Positions 16,880 through 25,949 are shown, counted from the first letter of the stretch. The stretch: DNA of 64,000 nucleotides from an uncultured Rickettsiales bacterium (GCA_964484565.1 CAZAGG010000004.1:73246-137245), one strand, 5' to 3'. Notes: generated from the sequence alone by a model not told the origin. Made by a program: numbers and translations.

Positions 16880-18072
16880 ATTGCCCTCATGTCACTAAAA
16901 TTATTAGGCTCTACAATATTAATATCTACTTTTGGAAGTGTTATCCTTACTCTTGCTCCACTCTTTTTAGTTTTATCTTTGTTCTCAATTTCTATAGTTC
17001 CTAAATGAGCATCAATTATTTTCCTACTGATCCATAACCCAAGCCCTGTTCCTGTATTTTTATAGTCACTCATGCTTGAGCGATAAAATTTATCGAATAT
17101 TTTTTCCTTATCTTCTGGATTGACTCCAACTCCCTCATCTTCAATCTCTATTACTATTTTATTTGTTGAAGTGCTGCATCTGTATGAGATTATAATCTTC
17201 GTATTCTCAGGGCTAAACTTAATAGCATTATCAATAATATTGCCAATTGCTATATCCATCAAATGCTCATCCCCCATAAAATATAAGTCTGTATCTTGAT
17301 TAATTTTTATTTTATGATTTCTAAGTTGATTAGAAAAACGCTTGATGATGAGATCAATTACATCATCAACTGCAATAATATCTTTTCTCAATATAGTGTT
17401 GTGCTCTTCTAGCTTTGCTACTTCAAGAATATTATTTACATACCCATGCAACTTGTTTGCCTCTCCTAAAACGCTATCTATAAGCTCGGATCTATCTTGC
17501 TCACTAATCTCTTTTGAATACAATTTGAAAGAAGAAATAGCACCAATAATTGAAGCAAGAGGCGTTTTAAGATCATGCGAAACAGAAGCTAAAACCGCAT
17601 TTCTTAGAACTTCTGCTTCTCTTTTTATAACCTCTTGCTCTTTCTCGTTTTTATATCTCTCTTTTTCTTTTATTGTTTCTATTAGCTCTACTTCTCTTTT
17701 TTTAAGTGCAATTGCATAATTCTTTGCCATTCCTGCTATCCAACCAGTTATGATTGCTGCAAAAACAAAAACTGAAAACTTTATAATGTTATCTAACCCA
17801 TAGTTGGCTTCAAAAAAAGGTGGAACCATTAGCCACTCATACATATAAACGCAAACTATCGCATTCAAGATTGCGGGAGCTCTGCCAAGAAAAATTGCCG
17901 AGATCAATACCGATATTATTAATGTACTGTTTATATTTGAAAATCGCTCAACGGTAATTTCTTCTAGCAAATATATAATTCCAGTTGCACCAAGAGCTAG
18001 CATTAAAGATATTAAATAATCTCTCCATGTAACGTCTGATCTAAAGAAGTTTTTTTGTAAATAATCTCTCAT
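16876..18072 (-). CDS. sensor histidine kinase resembling the C-terminal half of KdpD (DUF4118-like membrane domain + HisKA + HATPase_c)
   Basis: Has four hydrophobic N-terminal segments, the H-box SVSHDLKTPLASI, the N-box GNIIDNAIKFSP, and the G-boxes EDEGVGV and GTGLGLWISRKI. There is no KdpD N-terminal or Usp domain, and no kdpABC nearby. Confidence 0.85.
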   Translation of the reverse strand: MRDYLQKNFFRSDVTWRDYLISLMLALGATGIIYLLEEITVERFSNINSTLIISVLISAIFLGRAPAILNAIVCVYMYEWLMVPPFFEANYGLDNIIKFSVFVFAAIITGWIAGMAKNYAIALKKREVELIETIKEKERYKNEKEQEVIKREAEVLRNAVLASVSHDLKTPLASIIGAISSFKLYSKEISEQDRSELIDSVLGEANKLHGYVNNILEVAKLEEHNTILRKDIIAVDDVIDLIIKRFSNQLRNHKIKINQDTDLYFMGDEHLMDIAIGNIIDNAIKFSPENTKIIISYRCSTSTNKIVIEIEDEGVGVNPEDKEKIFDKFYRSSMSDYKNTGTGLGLWISRKIIDAHLGTIEIENKDKTKKSGARVRITLPKVDINIVEPNNFSDMRAM

Positions 18073-18258
18073 TGCGATCTAGAGCTTAGCATCACTTAAA
18101 GTATTATATCGATTACGATTGATAATGATAACTGTATATAAACTGTATAAGCCATCAATATACACTTTATATACATCTCAACATATTAGTTGATATAGAA
18201 TTAAAACATTTATTCTAACTAAAATCATAGTCAATAGCAATTAGTAGGACATATTTCT

Positions 18259-19389
18259 GTGACTATAAATAAGCAGTTTTTTGTTGGTGATCCAGTGCCA
18301 GATTTTAGCTGCGTATCATCGAATAATCCCAAATTTCACTTTAATACTTGTGCTGGAAGGTATATTGTGTTGTGTTTCTTCGGTTCTGCGCAAGATGACA
18401 AATCAAGAAAAGCAATATCCTTTATTACCAATGATTTGAGAGAGTATTTTGATGATCAAAGAATCTCATTTTTTGGTGTCAGCATTGATAAATCAGATAA
18501 TGAGCTTGAAAGAGTCCAACAGTTAGTTCCTGGAATACGTTACTTCTGGGATTATGATAAAAATGTCAGTGAACTATATGGCGCAATAGCTGCTGCGAAA
18601 GGGCAAGATGAGGAAACCTCATCATCTATAGATTATCGGCCTTTTACATTAGTTTTAGATCCCAATTTAAGGGTAATTGCTAATATTTCTATGCTTGATA
18701 TTGAAAGACATAACACGGTTTTAGCCAATTTTATTGCTAGTATTCCGTCGATTGATGCGTATGCAGGGGTTGAGTTAAGTGCTCCTGTATTAATTATACC
18801 AAGAGTTTTTGAGCCAGAACTTTGCCGTCAACTAATAGGCTTATATGAAACACATGGAGGCGGAGAATCTGGCAGCATGATGGAAAAGGATGGCTATACA
18901 ATTGGCAAAATTGACCACAGCTTTAAGCGGCGAAAAGATTATAATATCGAAGACAAAGATATTAGAGCAGCAATTCGCGCAAGAATTGCAAGAAGAATAA
19001 TTCCAGAGATAGAGAAAGCCTTTCAGTTTAAAGTTACCTACATAGAGCGATATATAGTTGCGTGTTATGACGGTAACGATATGGGATTCTTCCGCGCACA
19101 CAGAGATAATACAACAAAAGCAACAGCACACAGACGCTTTGCCTGCTCCATCAACCTGAACACCGAAGAATATGAAGGAGGAAATCTTAAATTTCCAGAG
19201 TTTGGTAATAGAACATATCGTGCCCCCACTGGCGGAGCCGTAGTCTTTTCTTGCTCTTTACTCCACGAAGCAATGCCTGTGACAAAAGGTAAGAGATATG
19301 CAACACTTCCATTCTTTTATGATGAAGAAGGTGCAAAAATTAGAGAGGAGAACTCACATTATTTATCTAATGAAACTATAATAATATAA
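18259..19389 (+). CDS. fusion protein: thioredoxin-fold (AhpC/TSA-like, no peroxidatic Cys seen) N-domain + 2OG-Fe(II) oxygenase C-domain
   Basis: The N-terminal half has VGDPVPDFS..GRYIVLCFFGSAQDD, a redoxin-like layout. The C-terminal half has the HxD..H facial triad contexts FRAHRDN and SLLHEAMPV, plus KGKRYATLPFFY. The start is GTG. Confidence 0.7.
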   Translation: MTINKQFFVGDPVPDFSCVSSNNPKFHFNTCAGRYIVLCFFGSAQDDKSRKAISFITNDLREYFDDQRISFFGVSIDKSDNELERVQQLVPGIRYFWDYDKNVSELYGAIAAAKGQDEETSSSIDYRPFTLVLDPNLRVIANISMLDIERHNTVLANFIASIPSIDAYAGVELSAPVLIIPRVFEPELCRQLIGLYETHGGGESGSMMEKDGYTIGKIDHSFKRRKDYNIEDKDIRAAIRARIARRIIPEIEKAFQFKVTYIERYIVACYDGNDMGFFRAHRDNTTKATAHRRFACSINLNTEEYEGGNLKFPEFGNRTYRAPTGGAVVFSCSLLHEAMPVTKGKRYATLPFFYDEEGAKIREENSHYLSNETIII

Positions 19390-19416
19390 CATATGGCGGA
19401 GAAATTGAGTTAGGCT

Positions 19417-20145
19417 CTAATTGTCTTCTGGTAACGAGGCGGGAGATGATGGAAGTGAGGAAGGATTGGCCGAATCAACCGATTCTGGAAGGCGTTTTTG
19501 CTTTGCGAGTTTCATTGTTATTTCTTTTGCCCTTTCCGCACTCACATTTGCAAGAATTGGAGCAATTTTAACCTCTTTCATTTTGTCAATAACTTGAAGC
19601 AAAACATTAATTTCCAACTCTTCAAAAATTCTGGCGGCATCTTTAGCTTTCATGCTTTCATATATCTTAACTAGGCTTCTAATTTTAGCCTCTTCTTTTT
19701 CATTATATTGAGCAAGCAGAGAATCCACCTCAGTTTTTAGCTTATTAAGTTCATCAATTTTTTCTTCAATCTTTTTTTCTGTAGCCTTTAGAACATCAGC
19801 TTTAAGAGCAATATCTTTTTCTTTTTGTTCTATCTCACCCCTGCGTTTTGAAAGACTTTGAAGCAGTTCAATCTCTGACTCTGAAAATTGCGGCTTATCT
19901 GCAAGATCAACAGGTGCAGGAGCAGGACATTCCGCCGCTGTTTTCGCCCCATCTGCCTCTTTATTTTCCGAATCTGATTTCTCTGATTCGGGTTGCTTTT
20001 TATCTTCTTCTTTTTTATCTGCTGCAATTGATTCTTTAATGACTAGTTCAGCCATTAAAAACTTACTGCCTTCATATAAAGATATTCCTTTGCTCGCTAG
20101 AACAATTGCGGCTAAAACTATCGTTACTGGAAGCAGCTTGAACAT
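19417..20145 (-). CDS. MotE-like flagellar protein (MgtE-N-like helical domain), membrane anchored
   Basis: Has an N-terminal TM segment (LLPVTIVLAAIVLAS), a coiled-coil middle, and C-terminal IYESMKAKDAARIFEELEINVLLQVIDKMKEVKIAPILANVSAERAKEIT. That stretch resembles MotE and the FlaA-locus 22.9-kDa proteins. It lies in the flagellar cluster. Confidence 0.65.
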   Translation of the reverse strand: MFKLLPVTIVLAAIVLASKGISLYEGSKFLMAELVIKESIAADKKEEDKKQPESEKSDSENKEADGAKTAAECPAPAPVDLADKPQFSESEIELLQSLSKRRGEIEQKEKDIALKADVLKATEKKIEEKIDELNKLKTEVDSLLAQYNEKEEAKIRSLVKIYESMKAKDAARIFEELEINVLLQVIDKMKEVKIAPILANVSAERAKEITMKLAKQKRLPESVDSANPSSLPSSPASLPEDN

Positions 20146-20148
20146 TTT

Positions 20149-20625
20149 CTATTTCATACCCTTCAAAGCCTGAATTAAATCAGCCTCTGCCTTTGACTTA
20201 GATTGAGGTGGTTGAGCAACACCCGCGCCATCCGCCACTTTTGGTTTATTGTCTGTTGTTGCATTTTTTAAATTCGCTTGCTGGCCGACCTGAGATGCCT
20301 GATTCTTAACGCTAGACACTTTGCTTTCTAGCTGATCTGCAACCTTTGTGGCTTTCTCAATTAGAAAAGATAAATCATCTGCAATGAAGTTACCTTTATC
20401 TATTTTTGCAGCTAATTCTTCTATCACTTTTTTACTATTGTTTTTTAGCTCTGAAACGCTTTCTTCCGCTGTTTCTGTTGCCGCAGAGAACTCTTTGATA
20501 AGTTCTGCCAGTTCACTTTTACTGTTTCTAATTACATCTAGGTGACGATTCAGCCTAAAGCAATAATATATAGTCACCGCAAGCAGGGCAACTAGAAGAC
20601 TATCTAAAATGATTGAAACTATCAT
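20149..20625 (-). CDS. membrane-anchored coiled-coil protein of alphaproteobacterial flagellar clusters (DUF6468-like, from memory)
   Basis: Has an N-terminal TM segment (MIVSIILDSLLVALLAVTIYYCFRLNR) followed by helical repeats. ATG 20625 has AGGAA about 8 nt upstream and sits 4 nt after the fliM stop. The longer start at 20670 would overlap fliM. Confidence 0.55.
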   Translation of the reverse strand: MIVSIILDSLLVALLAVTIYYCFRLNRHLDVIRNSKSELAELIKEFSAATETAEESVSELKNNSKKVIEELAAKIDKGNFIADDLSFLIEKATKVADQLESKVSSVKNQASQVGQQANLKNATTDNKPKVADGAGVAQPPQSKSKAEADLIQALKGMK

Positions 20626-20629
20626 ATTA

Positions 20630-21847
20630 CTATTCCTGTATCTCTTCTGGAGTTCGGTTAATCTTATCATGAACCTTAATGGCCATTTTTTCCCCTACCC
20701 TACCAATTTTACCTACCATTACAGGAACGCCGCCACATCGAACAGTAATATCTTCGTCTGGCTGGCAATCAAGTAAAATAGTTGTTCCTATTTTGAAGTT
20801 TACTACTTCTCCAAGTAGCATTTGTTTTTCGTGTAACAAAGCATCTATTGCAACGTCTGTGCTTTTTAGCTCTTTGCTTAGGTGAGCCTCCCAAATCGAG
20901 TCGCGCCCAAATTTTTCCCCCATGAACATCTGTAGCAACAAATCTCTAATCGGCTCTAACGTTGCATGAGGAAATAAAATCTCCATATTGCCGCCACGCT
21001 CTTCCATATCTATTCTTAGGCGAATCAAAATCGCAGCGTTTGCAGGTCTTGCAATCGTTGCAAATCTTGGATTGGTTTCGATTCTATCATATGAAAACGT
21101 AACTGGGCTTATAGGATCAAAAGCCGCACTCATATCAGCAAGGGCAACCTCAATAAGGCTTTTAATAAGCTCTTGCTCGATGGTTGAATATGGGCGACCT
21201 TCAATTTTAACCATCATATTTGCTCTTCTACCGCCAAGAAGAACATCGACTATCGAATAAATTAGAGATGAATCAACCGTTATCAGCCCGTAGTTATCCC
21301 ACTCTAAGGCTTTGAATATAATTAGCAAAGCAGGCAAGGGTATAGAATTTAGATAATCTCCAAATCTTAATGATGTGATTGAATCGATGCTTATATCGAC
21401 GTTATCAGAAGTAAAATTTCTAAGAGATGTTGACATCATTCTAACCAAGCGGTCAAAAACAACTTCAAGCATCGGAAGTTTTTCATAAGTCCCTAGTGAC
21501 TTATCCAGAATCGCCCTAATACCTGTCGCTTCTTTTTCTTCTACAGCAGAAAAACCAAGTAGAGCATCAATCTCATCTTGGCTTAGAATTTTTGTGGTAT
21601 CTTTAGGTTTATCATCGGCACTATCTGTGCCATCACCTCCACCACTGTTCATCATAGATTCCCATTCAGCAGCGGCAGCATCTTCATCTGATGATGATGC
21701 ATTTCCACTTGCAACACCTTCAGCAGCAGCTTGTGCAGAATCTCCACCCTCCGCATCAGTATCTTTAGACAGCATAGATTCCCACTCAGCGGCGGCTTTC
21801 TCGTCGTCTGTCATATCCTCTGTTTTTTTCTCGTTATCCTCTGCCAT
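20630..21847 (-). CDS. fliM: flagellar motor switch protein FliM (with acidic N-terminal extension)
   Basis: The CheY-binding-type motif ILSQDEIDALLGF lies at about aa 87-99. It is followed by the FliM core and a C-terminal FliN-like segment (VRCGGVPVMVGKIGRVGEKMAIKV). The first ~85 aa are D/E/A/G-rich and contain a duplicated AAAEWESM block. Confidence 0.9.
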   Translation of the reverse strand: MAEDNEKKTEDMTDDEKAAAEWESMLSKDTDAEGGDSAQAAAEGVASGNASSSDEDAAAAEWESMMNSGGGDGTDSADDKPKDTTKILSQDEIDALLGFSAVEEKEATGIRAILDKSLGTYEKLPMLEVVFDRLVRMMSTSLRNFTSDNVDISIDSITSLRFGDYLNSIPLPALLIIFKALEWDNYGLITVDSSLIYSIVDVLLGGRRANMMVKIEGRPYSTIEQELIKSLIEVALADMSAAFDPISPVTFSYDRIETNPRFATIARPANAAILIRLRIDMEERGGNMEILFPHATLEPIRDLLLQMFMGEKFGRDSIWEAHLSKELKSTDVAIDALLHEKQMLLGEVVNFKIGTTILLDCQPDEDITVRCGGVPVMVGKIGRVGEKMAIKVHDKINRTPEEIQE

Positions 21848-21883
21848 TCGTTACTTTATGCAAATTTTATGCCTGAAGGAATT

Positions 21884-22507
21884 TTACTGAACAATAATCT
21901 CCTTGAAAAGTATATCATTAACTTTAGCAGGTTGCGATATTTCATTTATTCTTAATAACAGTTCTTCTCGAAGTCTGTGTAAACCTGCTGAACCTGCAAT
22001 GTCTGGAGAGCGCAACTCTCTGAGATATGTATTAAAACTGTCAGTAATTCTTGGCATCACCTCATCAATCTTTACTTGATCTTCAGCAGATGCAAGCTCT
22101 AAAGTTACTGTCATTTTAAGAAAACTTGTTCTTTTCTCACCAGAATTTAGATTCACAAGAAAACTTGGAAGCTCGTAATATAAAACTCCGTTTGGTCCTG
22201 GTGTAGCTATTCCTTTCGCAGTTTTTGCACCGCCCTTTTCTTTTTTGTCACCACCTCCATGACCTCCTTCTTCCTCTTTTTTCTCTTCTTTATCTTCTTT
22301 CTTTTCATCTTTTTTAGCATCAGATGAGTGTTCTTCTGTTTTCTCTTCAGCTGGTTTTTCTTCTCCGCCACCTGTTAGAAGCCCGCTTAGGTAAACGCCA
22401 ACACCTGCACCAATTAAAAGAACTACAACGGCGATAATGATGATAAGTTTTTTCTTACCAGTTTTTTTCTCACCAACATCATCATCGGCTTCTTCTTTTT
22501 TAGACAT
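21884..22507 (-). CDS. fliL: flagellar basal-body-associated protein FliL
   Basis: Has one TM segment (LIIIIAVVVLLIGAGVGVYL), a K/E-rich linker, then the FliL core YYELPSFLVNLNSGEKRTSFLKMTVTLE..ILFKEIIVQ. Confidence 0.88.
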   Translation of the reverse strand: MSKKEEADDDVGEKKTGKKKLIIIIAVVVLLIGAGVGVYLSGLLTGGGEEKPAEEKTEEHSSDAKKDEKKEDKEEKKEEEGGHGGGDKKEKGGAKTAKGIATPGPNGVLYYELPSFLVNLNSGEKRTSFLKMTVTLELASAEDQVKIDEVMPRITDSFNTYLRELRSPDIAGSAGLHRLREELLLRINEISQPAKVNDILFKEIIVQ

Positions 22508-22564
22508 GCTTCCCCTCTTTATATCTTATTTATATCTGGCTAAGTATGACACTCTTATAGTTAA

Positions 22565-23632
22565 TTATTCGTAAAACCCTAACGAGCGTCTAACATATAA
22601 AAATACTTTTGAACCTTTTGATATTGAATATTTTTCATAGTCGCTATGACTAATATCAATTTCGAGTGTTGCACCGTCAGCAAGCCTTACTTCTGCTTTT
22701 ACCGTTACCCCCGCAATATTAAGGAAAATAACTTCTGCACTTATTGCATCATAATCCATTGATTCATCAGGCTTATTTCTGATTATAAAATCATTTGACC
22801 TGACATATAGTTTTACGCGAGATCCTTCTTTTATTGCGCTATTATTTGGCTTTGGAATTTTATAATTCCCAAACATTGCAAAACTATCTTCAATAGTTGC
22901 ATCGAGTTTATTTACATGCCCTAGAAAGCTGCAAACAAATTCATTTGCTGGATTTTTATAAACCTCTTCAGGAGTTCCTATCTGCTCGATTTTACCCTTG
23001 TTTAATATCACTATTCTATCAGCAACTTCCATTGCTTCTTCTTGATCATGCGTAACCAAGATACTTGTAACATGCATTTCATTGTGTAAATTTCTAAGCC
23101 ATCTACGCAAATCTTTTCTAACTCTGGCATCTAATGCGCCGAATGGCTCATCTAGCAGTAAAACCTTAGGATCAATTGCAAGAACCCTTGCTAGTGCAAC
23201 CCTCTGTCTTTGGCCGCCCGATAACTCTGCGGGAAGGTAATTTGCAAACTGCTTTATTTGCACCAGTTCAAGTAATTCACTGACCTTTTTATTAATCTCA
23301 ACTTCTGACGGCCTTTGCTTTTTTGGCCTTACTCTCATTCCAAATGCAATATTTTCGAAAACATTCATATGCCTGAACATGGCGTAATGCTGGAATACGA
23401 AGCCTATTCTACGTTCTCTGACACTTAGGGTTGAGGCGTCCATTCCGTTTATGAAAATTCTTCCAGCTTCTGGAAATTCAAGACCTGCAATCACCCTTAG
23501 CATGCTCGTCTTACCAGAGCCAGACGGGCCTAGAATTGCAAGCAATTCTCCAGATTTCACCTCAAGGCTTATATCATTAACAACTGAGAGTGTGCCAAAT
23601 TTCTTTTGTATATTCTCAAGAACTATTCCCAT
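22565..23632 (-). CDS. cysA: sulfate/thiosulfate-type ABC transporter ATP-binding protein (CysA-like), with no permease genes adjacent
   Basis: Has Walker A GPSGSGKTS, the signature LSGGQRQRVALARV, Walker B LLLDEPFGALD and H-loop VTHDQEEA. The contexts FVFQHYAMFRHMNVFENIAFG and DLRRWLRNLH closely mirror E. coli CysA as I recall it. The C-terminus has a TOBE-like domain. Confidence 0.8.
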   Translation of the reverse strand: MGIVLENIQKKFGTLSVVNDISLEVKSGELLAILGPSGSGKTSMLRVIAGLEFPEAGRIFINGMDASTLSVRERRIGFVFQHYAMFRHMNVFENIAFGMRVRPKKQRPSEVEINKKVSELLELVQIKQFANYLPAELSGGQRQRVALARVLAIDPKVLLLDEPFGALDARVRKDLRRWLRNLHNEMHVTSILVTHDQEEAMEVADRIVILNKGKIEQIGTPEEVYKNPANEFVCSFLGHVNKLDATIEDSFAMFGNYKIPKPNNSAIKEGSRVKLYVRSNDFIIRNKPDESMDYDAISAEVIFLNIAGVTVKAEVRLADGATLEIDISHSDYEKYSISKGSKVFLYVRRSLGFYE

Positions 23633-23648
23633 GATTTTATGTCACCCT

Positions 23649-24326
23649 CTATCTTGAAAAAACCATTATGCAAGAGCGAGCATCATTTGAAACATTATAA
23701 GCACCCGCATTTACACAGCCTGCAACCGAAGTTGAATCACTGCCAATAACGTTTCCAGTAAGTGGAACGCCATCATCCATTTTTATATCTATCTCTGAAG
23801 CCTCAACTGCTGAAACAGTGGGATTAAACAAGGCCGCAGTTGAGCCATCACCGACATATAATAAATGGTTTGTAGTTTTAGGAAGCGCGCCAGATGGAAC
23901 ATTCGTCAAATACATATACATCAATTTACCGCCATTAAGTTTTGTTTCGGCTAACGATGTTGTATAGCTAATTTTAATTATTTCAGAGGCACTGAGATGA
24001 AGCCAGACTTGATTTATTTCCGCACCAGCAACTTGACCATCCGCGTTACCATCTGCAACTCCAGCAACATCAGACCATATAGAAGTTGCCTCGTTAAAGT
24101 CGCCTGCCTCAAGCATATAGTTTTCTTGAAAGCGCATGAGAGATGAGTTTGTACCCTCAACATCCCTTATGAATGAATTAACACTTGCTGCTGTTACAAT
24201 ATTATAGCCAACCATCACAGCACCAAACATTAAAGATATAACAGCAATTACAATAGTAACCTCAACTAAGGTAAAGCCCGAAGAAAGTTTGTTACTCTTG
24301 CTTCTGCTATCTTCTAGTTTTCTCAT
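23649..24326 (-). CDS. type IV pilin / pseudopilin-like protein (prepilin N-terminal cleavage-methylation domain)
   Basis: The leader MRKLEDSRSKSNKLSSG is followed by FTLVEVTIVIAVISLMFGAV, the G|FTLxE signature. A C-terminal Cys pair (CVNAGAYNVSNDARSC) resembles a pilin disulfide loop. ATG 24326 has GGAAGG 8-9 nt upstream and overlaps the protease gene's 3' end by 20 nt. Confidence 0.8.
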   Translation of the reverse strand: MRKLEDSRSKSNKLSSGFTLVEVTIVIAVISLMFGAVMVGYNIVTAASVNSFIRDVEGTNSSLMRFQENYMLEAGDFNEATSIWSDVAGVADGNADGQVAGAEINQVWLHLSASEIIKISYTTSLAETKLNGGKLMYMYLTNVPSGALPKTTNHLLYVGDGSTAALFNPTVSAVEASEIDIKMDDGVPLTGNVIGSDSTSVAGCVNAGAYNVSNDARSCIMVFSR

Positions 24327-25062
24327 CTTGCTTACCTTCCATAGGTTTACGCTGGCAATGCACATTAACTATAAAATCCTGAGCTTTATATTCTATTCTG
24401 CTAGTTGAAAGAACATGAGGGGAAGCCGAAGTTTTATATTGAATATTATTCATGTTCAGAAAGTTTTGCAGCACATCTAGTGAAATAGCAAGGTCTGATT
24501 TTTGAACCACTTCTTGCTTTCCACTAACTCTATTGCTTCTCATCAAAGTTGCTTTGCCAACTACTACCCCCACAACGTTTCCTGAAGAATCAAGAAGAGG
24601 GCCACCACTATTGCCTTGTGCGATTGAGTCTGAAAATTGTATCCACTTATTTTCATTCATTGGCCCATCAAGCCCAGTAACTTTGGCATGCCTAATCTCA
24701 TATTCGCCCGTTACCCCTCTGTTAAGTGGATAACCAACAATAACAACGTTATCACCAACATGAACTCTGGAATCATTTAATCGAAGAGTTGCAATTCTTC
24801 TTGGGCTTGTATTACTGGTTTTGAGTAATGCTAAATCATTCTCTTCGTCATAAGATATAACACTAGCTTCTTGTGGTTCAACAGCCCCTCTTACTAGCAC
24901 TTTGCCGCACCCTTTTACAACATGCTCATTAGTTACAATATGTCCACGATTGCTTACAAAAAAGCCTGTTCCGCTTGTTACTTGCCTACTTGCATATGAT
25001 TGTTGAGCTAACAATACAAACGATGACAAAATAACTACAACGAAATATATAGCTTTTTTCAA
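24307..25062 (-). CDS. secreted trypsin-like serine protease (S1, Trypsin_2-like)
   Basis: Has the signal peptide MKKAIYFVVVILSSFVLLAQQSYA and the catalytic triad contexts VTNEHVV, DLALLK and GNSGGPLLD. Confidence 0.88.
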   Translation of the reverse strand: MKKAIYFVVVILSSFVLLAQQSYASRQVTSGTGFFVSNRGHIVTNEHVVKGCGKVLVRGAVEPQEASVISYDEENDLALLKTSNTSPRRIATLRLNDSRVHVGDNVVIVGYPLNRGVTGEYEIRHAKVTGLDGPMNENKWIQFSDSIAQGNSGGPLLDSSGNVVGVVVGKATLMRSNRVSGKQEVVQKSDLAISLDVLQNFLNMNNIQYKTSASPHVLSTSRIEYKAQDFIVNVHCQRKPMEGKQDEKTRR

Positions 25063-25064
25063 TG

Positions 25065-25949
25065 TTACATCTCCAGACCTATTGCGCTATAAAATTCTGG
25101 CCTTTGTTTCCAGTCTTCCTTCACCTTGATATGAAGGTAAAGGTGTATTTTTTTATCAAACACATTTTGCATATCAAATCTTGCGGCAGTTCCAATTTCT
25201 TTGAGCTTGGCTCCGCCTTTACCAATAATAATAACCTTGTGAGTATCTTTTTCGACGTAAACAACCTGATGAATAGTAATGCTTTTTTCAGTTTCATCCC
25301 AACTTTCTGTCTCAATAAAAACGCCATATGGCAGCTCTTGCCTAAGTCGCATTAATATTTTTTCTCTAGTAATTTCTGCGGCGAGCATTTTAGATGATAT
25401 ATCGGTTAGCTGATCTTCTGGATAAACCCATGATATTTCATTCGATTTTTCCGCTAGATAAAGTTTAAGATCTTCGACTCCATCGCCGTTTTTGGCCGAA
25501 ACCATGAATATCTTTTCAAATATTGAAAACTCAGATATTTGAGCAGCCAAAGATAGCAAATCTGGTTTTTTTACAGCGTCAATCTTATTAATCACTGCGA
25601 CTGCCTTAATCTCTCTTTTCTCAAGGTAAGAAAGAATCATTTGAATAGAGTTAGAAAGCCTTTTGTTCGTTGCATCAATAATTACGCATACTGAATCGCT
25701 TTGCTCAACCGCTCGCCATGCAGCATTAACCATTGATTTATCGAATCTTTCCTTCGCTTTAAATACACCCGGAGTATCAATCATTACAATCTGAGTGTCA
25801 CCAGACATAACAATTCCCATAACCCTATTGCGGGTTGTTTGAGCTTTGGGTGTTGCGATAGTGACTTTCGCTCCAACCATTTGATTTATTAATGTAGATT
25901 TGCCAGCATTCGGAGCACCAATTACGGCAACAAATGAGCATTTCTGCAC
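25065..25949 (-). CDS. era: GTPase Era
   Basis: Has G1 GAPNAGKSTL, G3 DTPG, G4 NKID and a C-terminal KH domain (IIGKGGAKLKEIG). I chose the GTG start at 25949, which gives MQKCSFVAVIG and lies 4 nt after the coaD stop. The 346-aa ORF-track start at 26105 would overlap coaD by about 150 nt. Confidence 0.9.
   Translation of the reverse strand: MQKCSFVAVIGAPNAGKSTLINQMVGAKVTIATPKAQTTRNRVMGIVMSGDTQIVMIDTPGVFKAKERFDKSMVNAAWRAVEQSDSVCVIIDATNKRLSNSIQMILSYLEKREIKAVAVINKIDAVKKPDLLSLAAQISEFSIFEKIFMVSAKNGDGVEDLKLYLAEKSNEISWVYPEDQLTDISSKMLAAEITREKILMRLRQELPYGVFIETESWDETEKSITIHQVVYVEKDTHKVIIIGKGGAKLKEIGTAARFDMQNVFDKKIHLYLHIKVKEDWKQRPEFYSAIGLEM

Noticed and set aside
22207-22375. Repetitive-looking K/E/G-rich DNA in fliL. 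I considered it, together with the acidic tract of the FecR-domain gene (about 26750-27200), as a tandem repeat or CRISPR-like array.
   Set aside because: It has compositional bias only, with no regular unit length, no conserved repeat and no spacers. Both tracts lie inside well-supported long ORFs.
22560-22575. CtrA-box-like sequence TTTA-N7-TTAAC (minus strand) about 55-70 bp upstream of fliL.
   Set aside because: It has one mismatch to TTAA-N7-TTAAC. The motif is short and A/T-only in an AT-rich genome, and it overlaps the cysA stop codon. The chance expectation is too high to call without a genome-wide PWM and a CtrA ortholog check.
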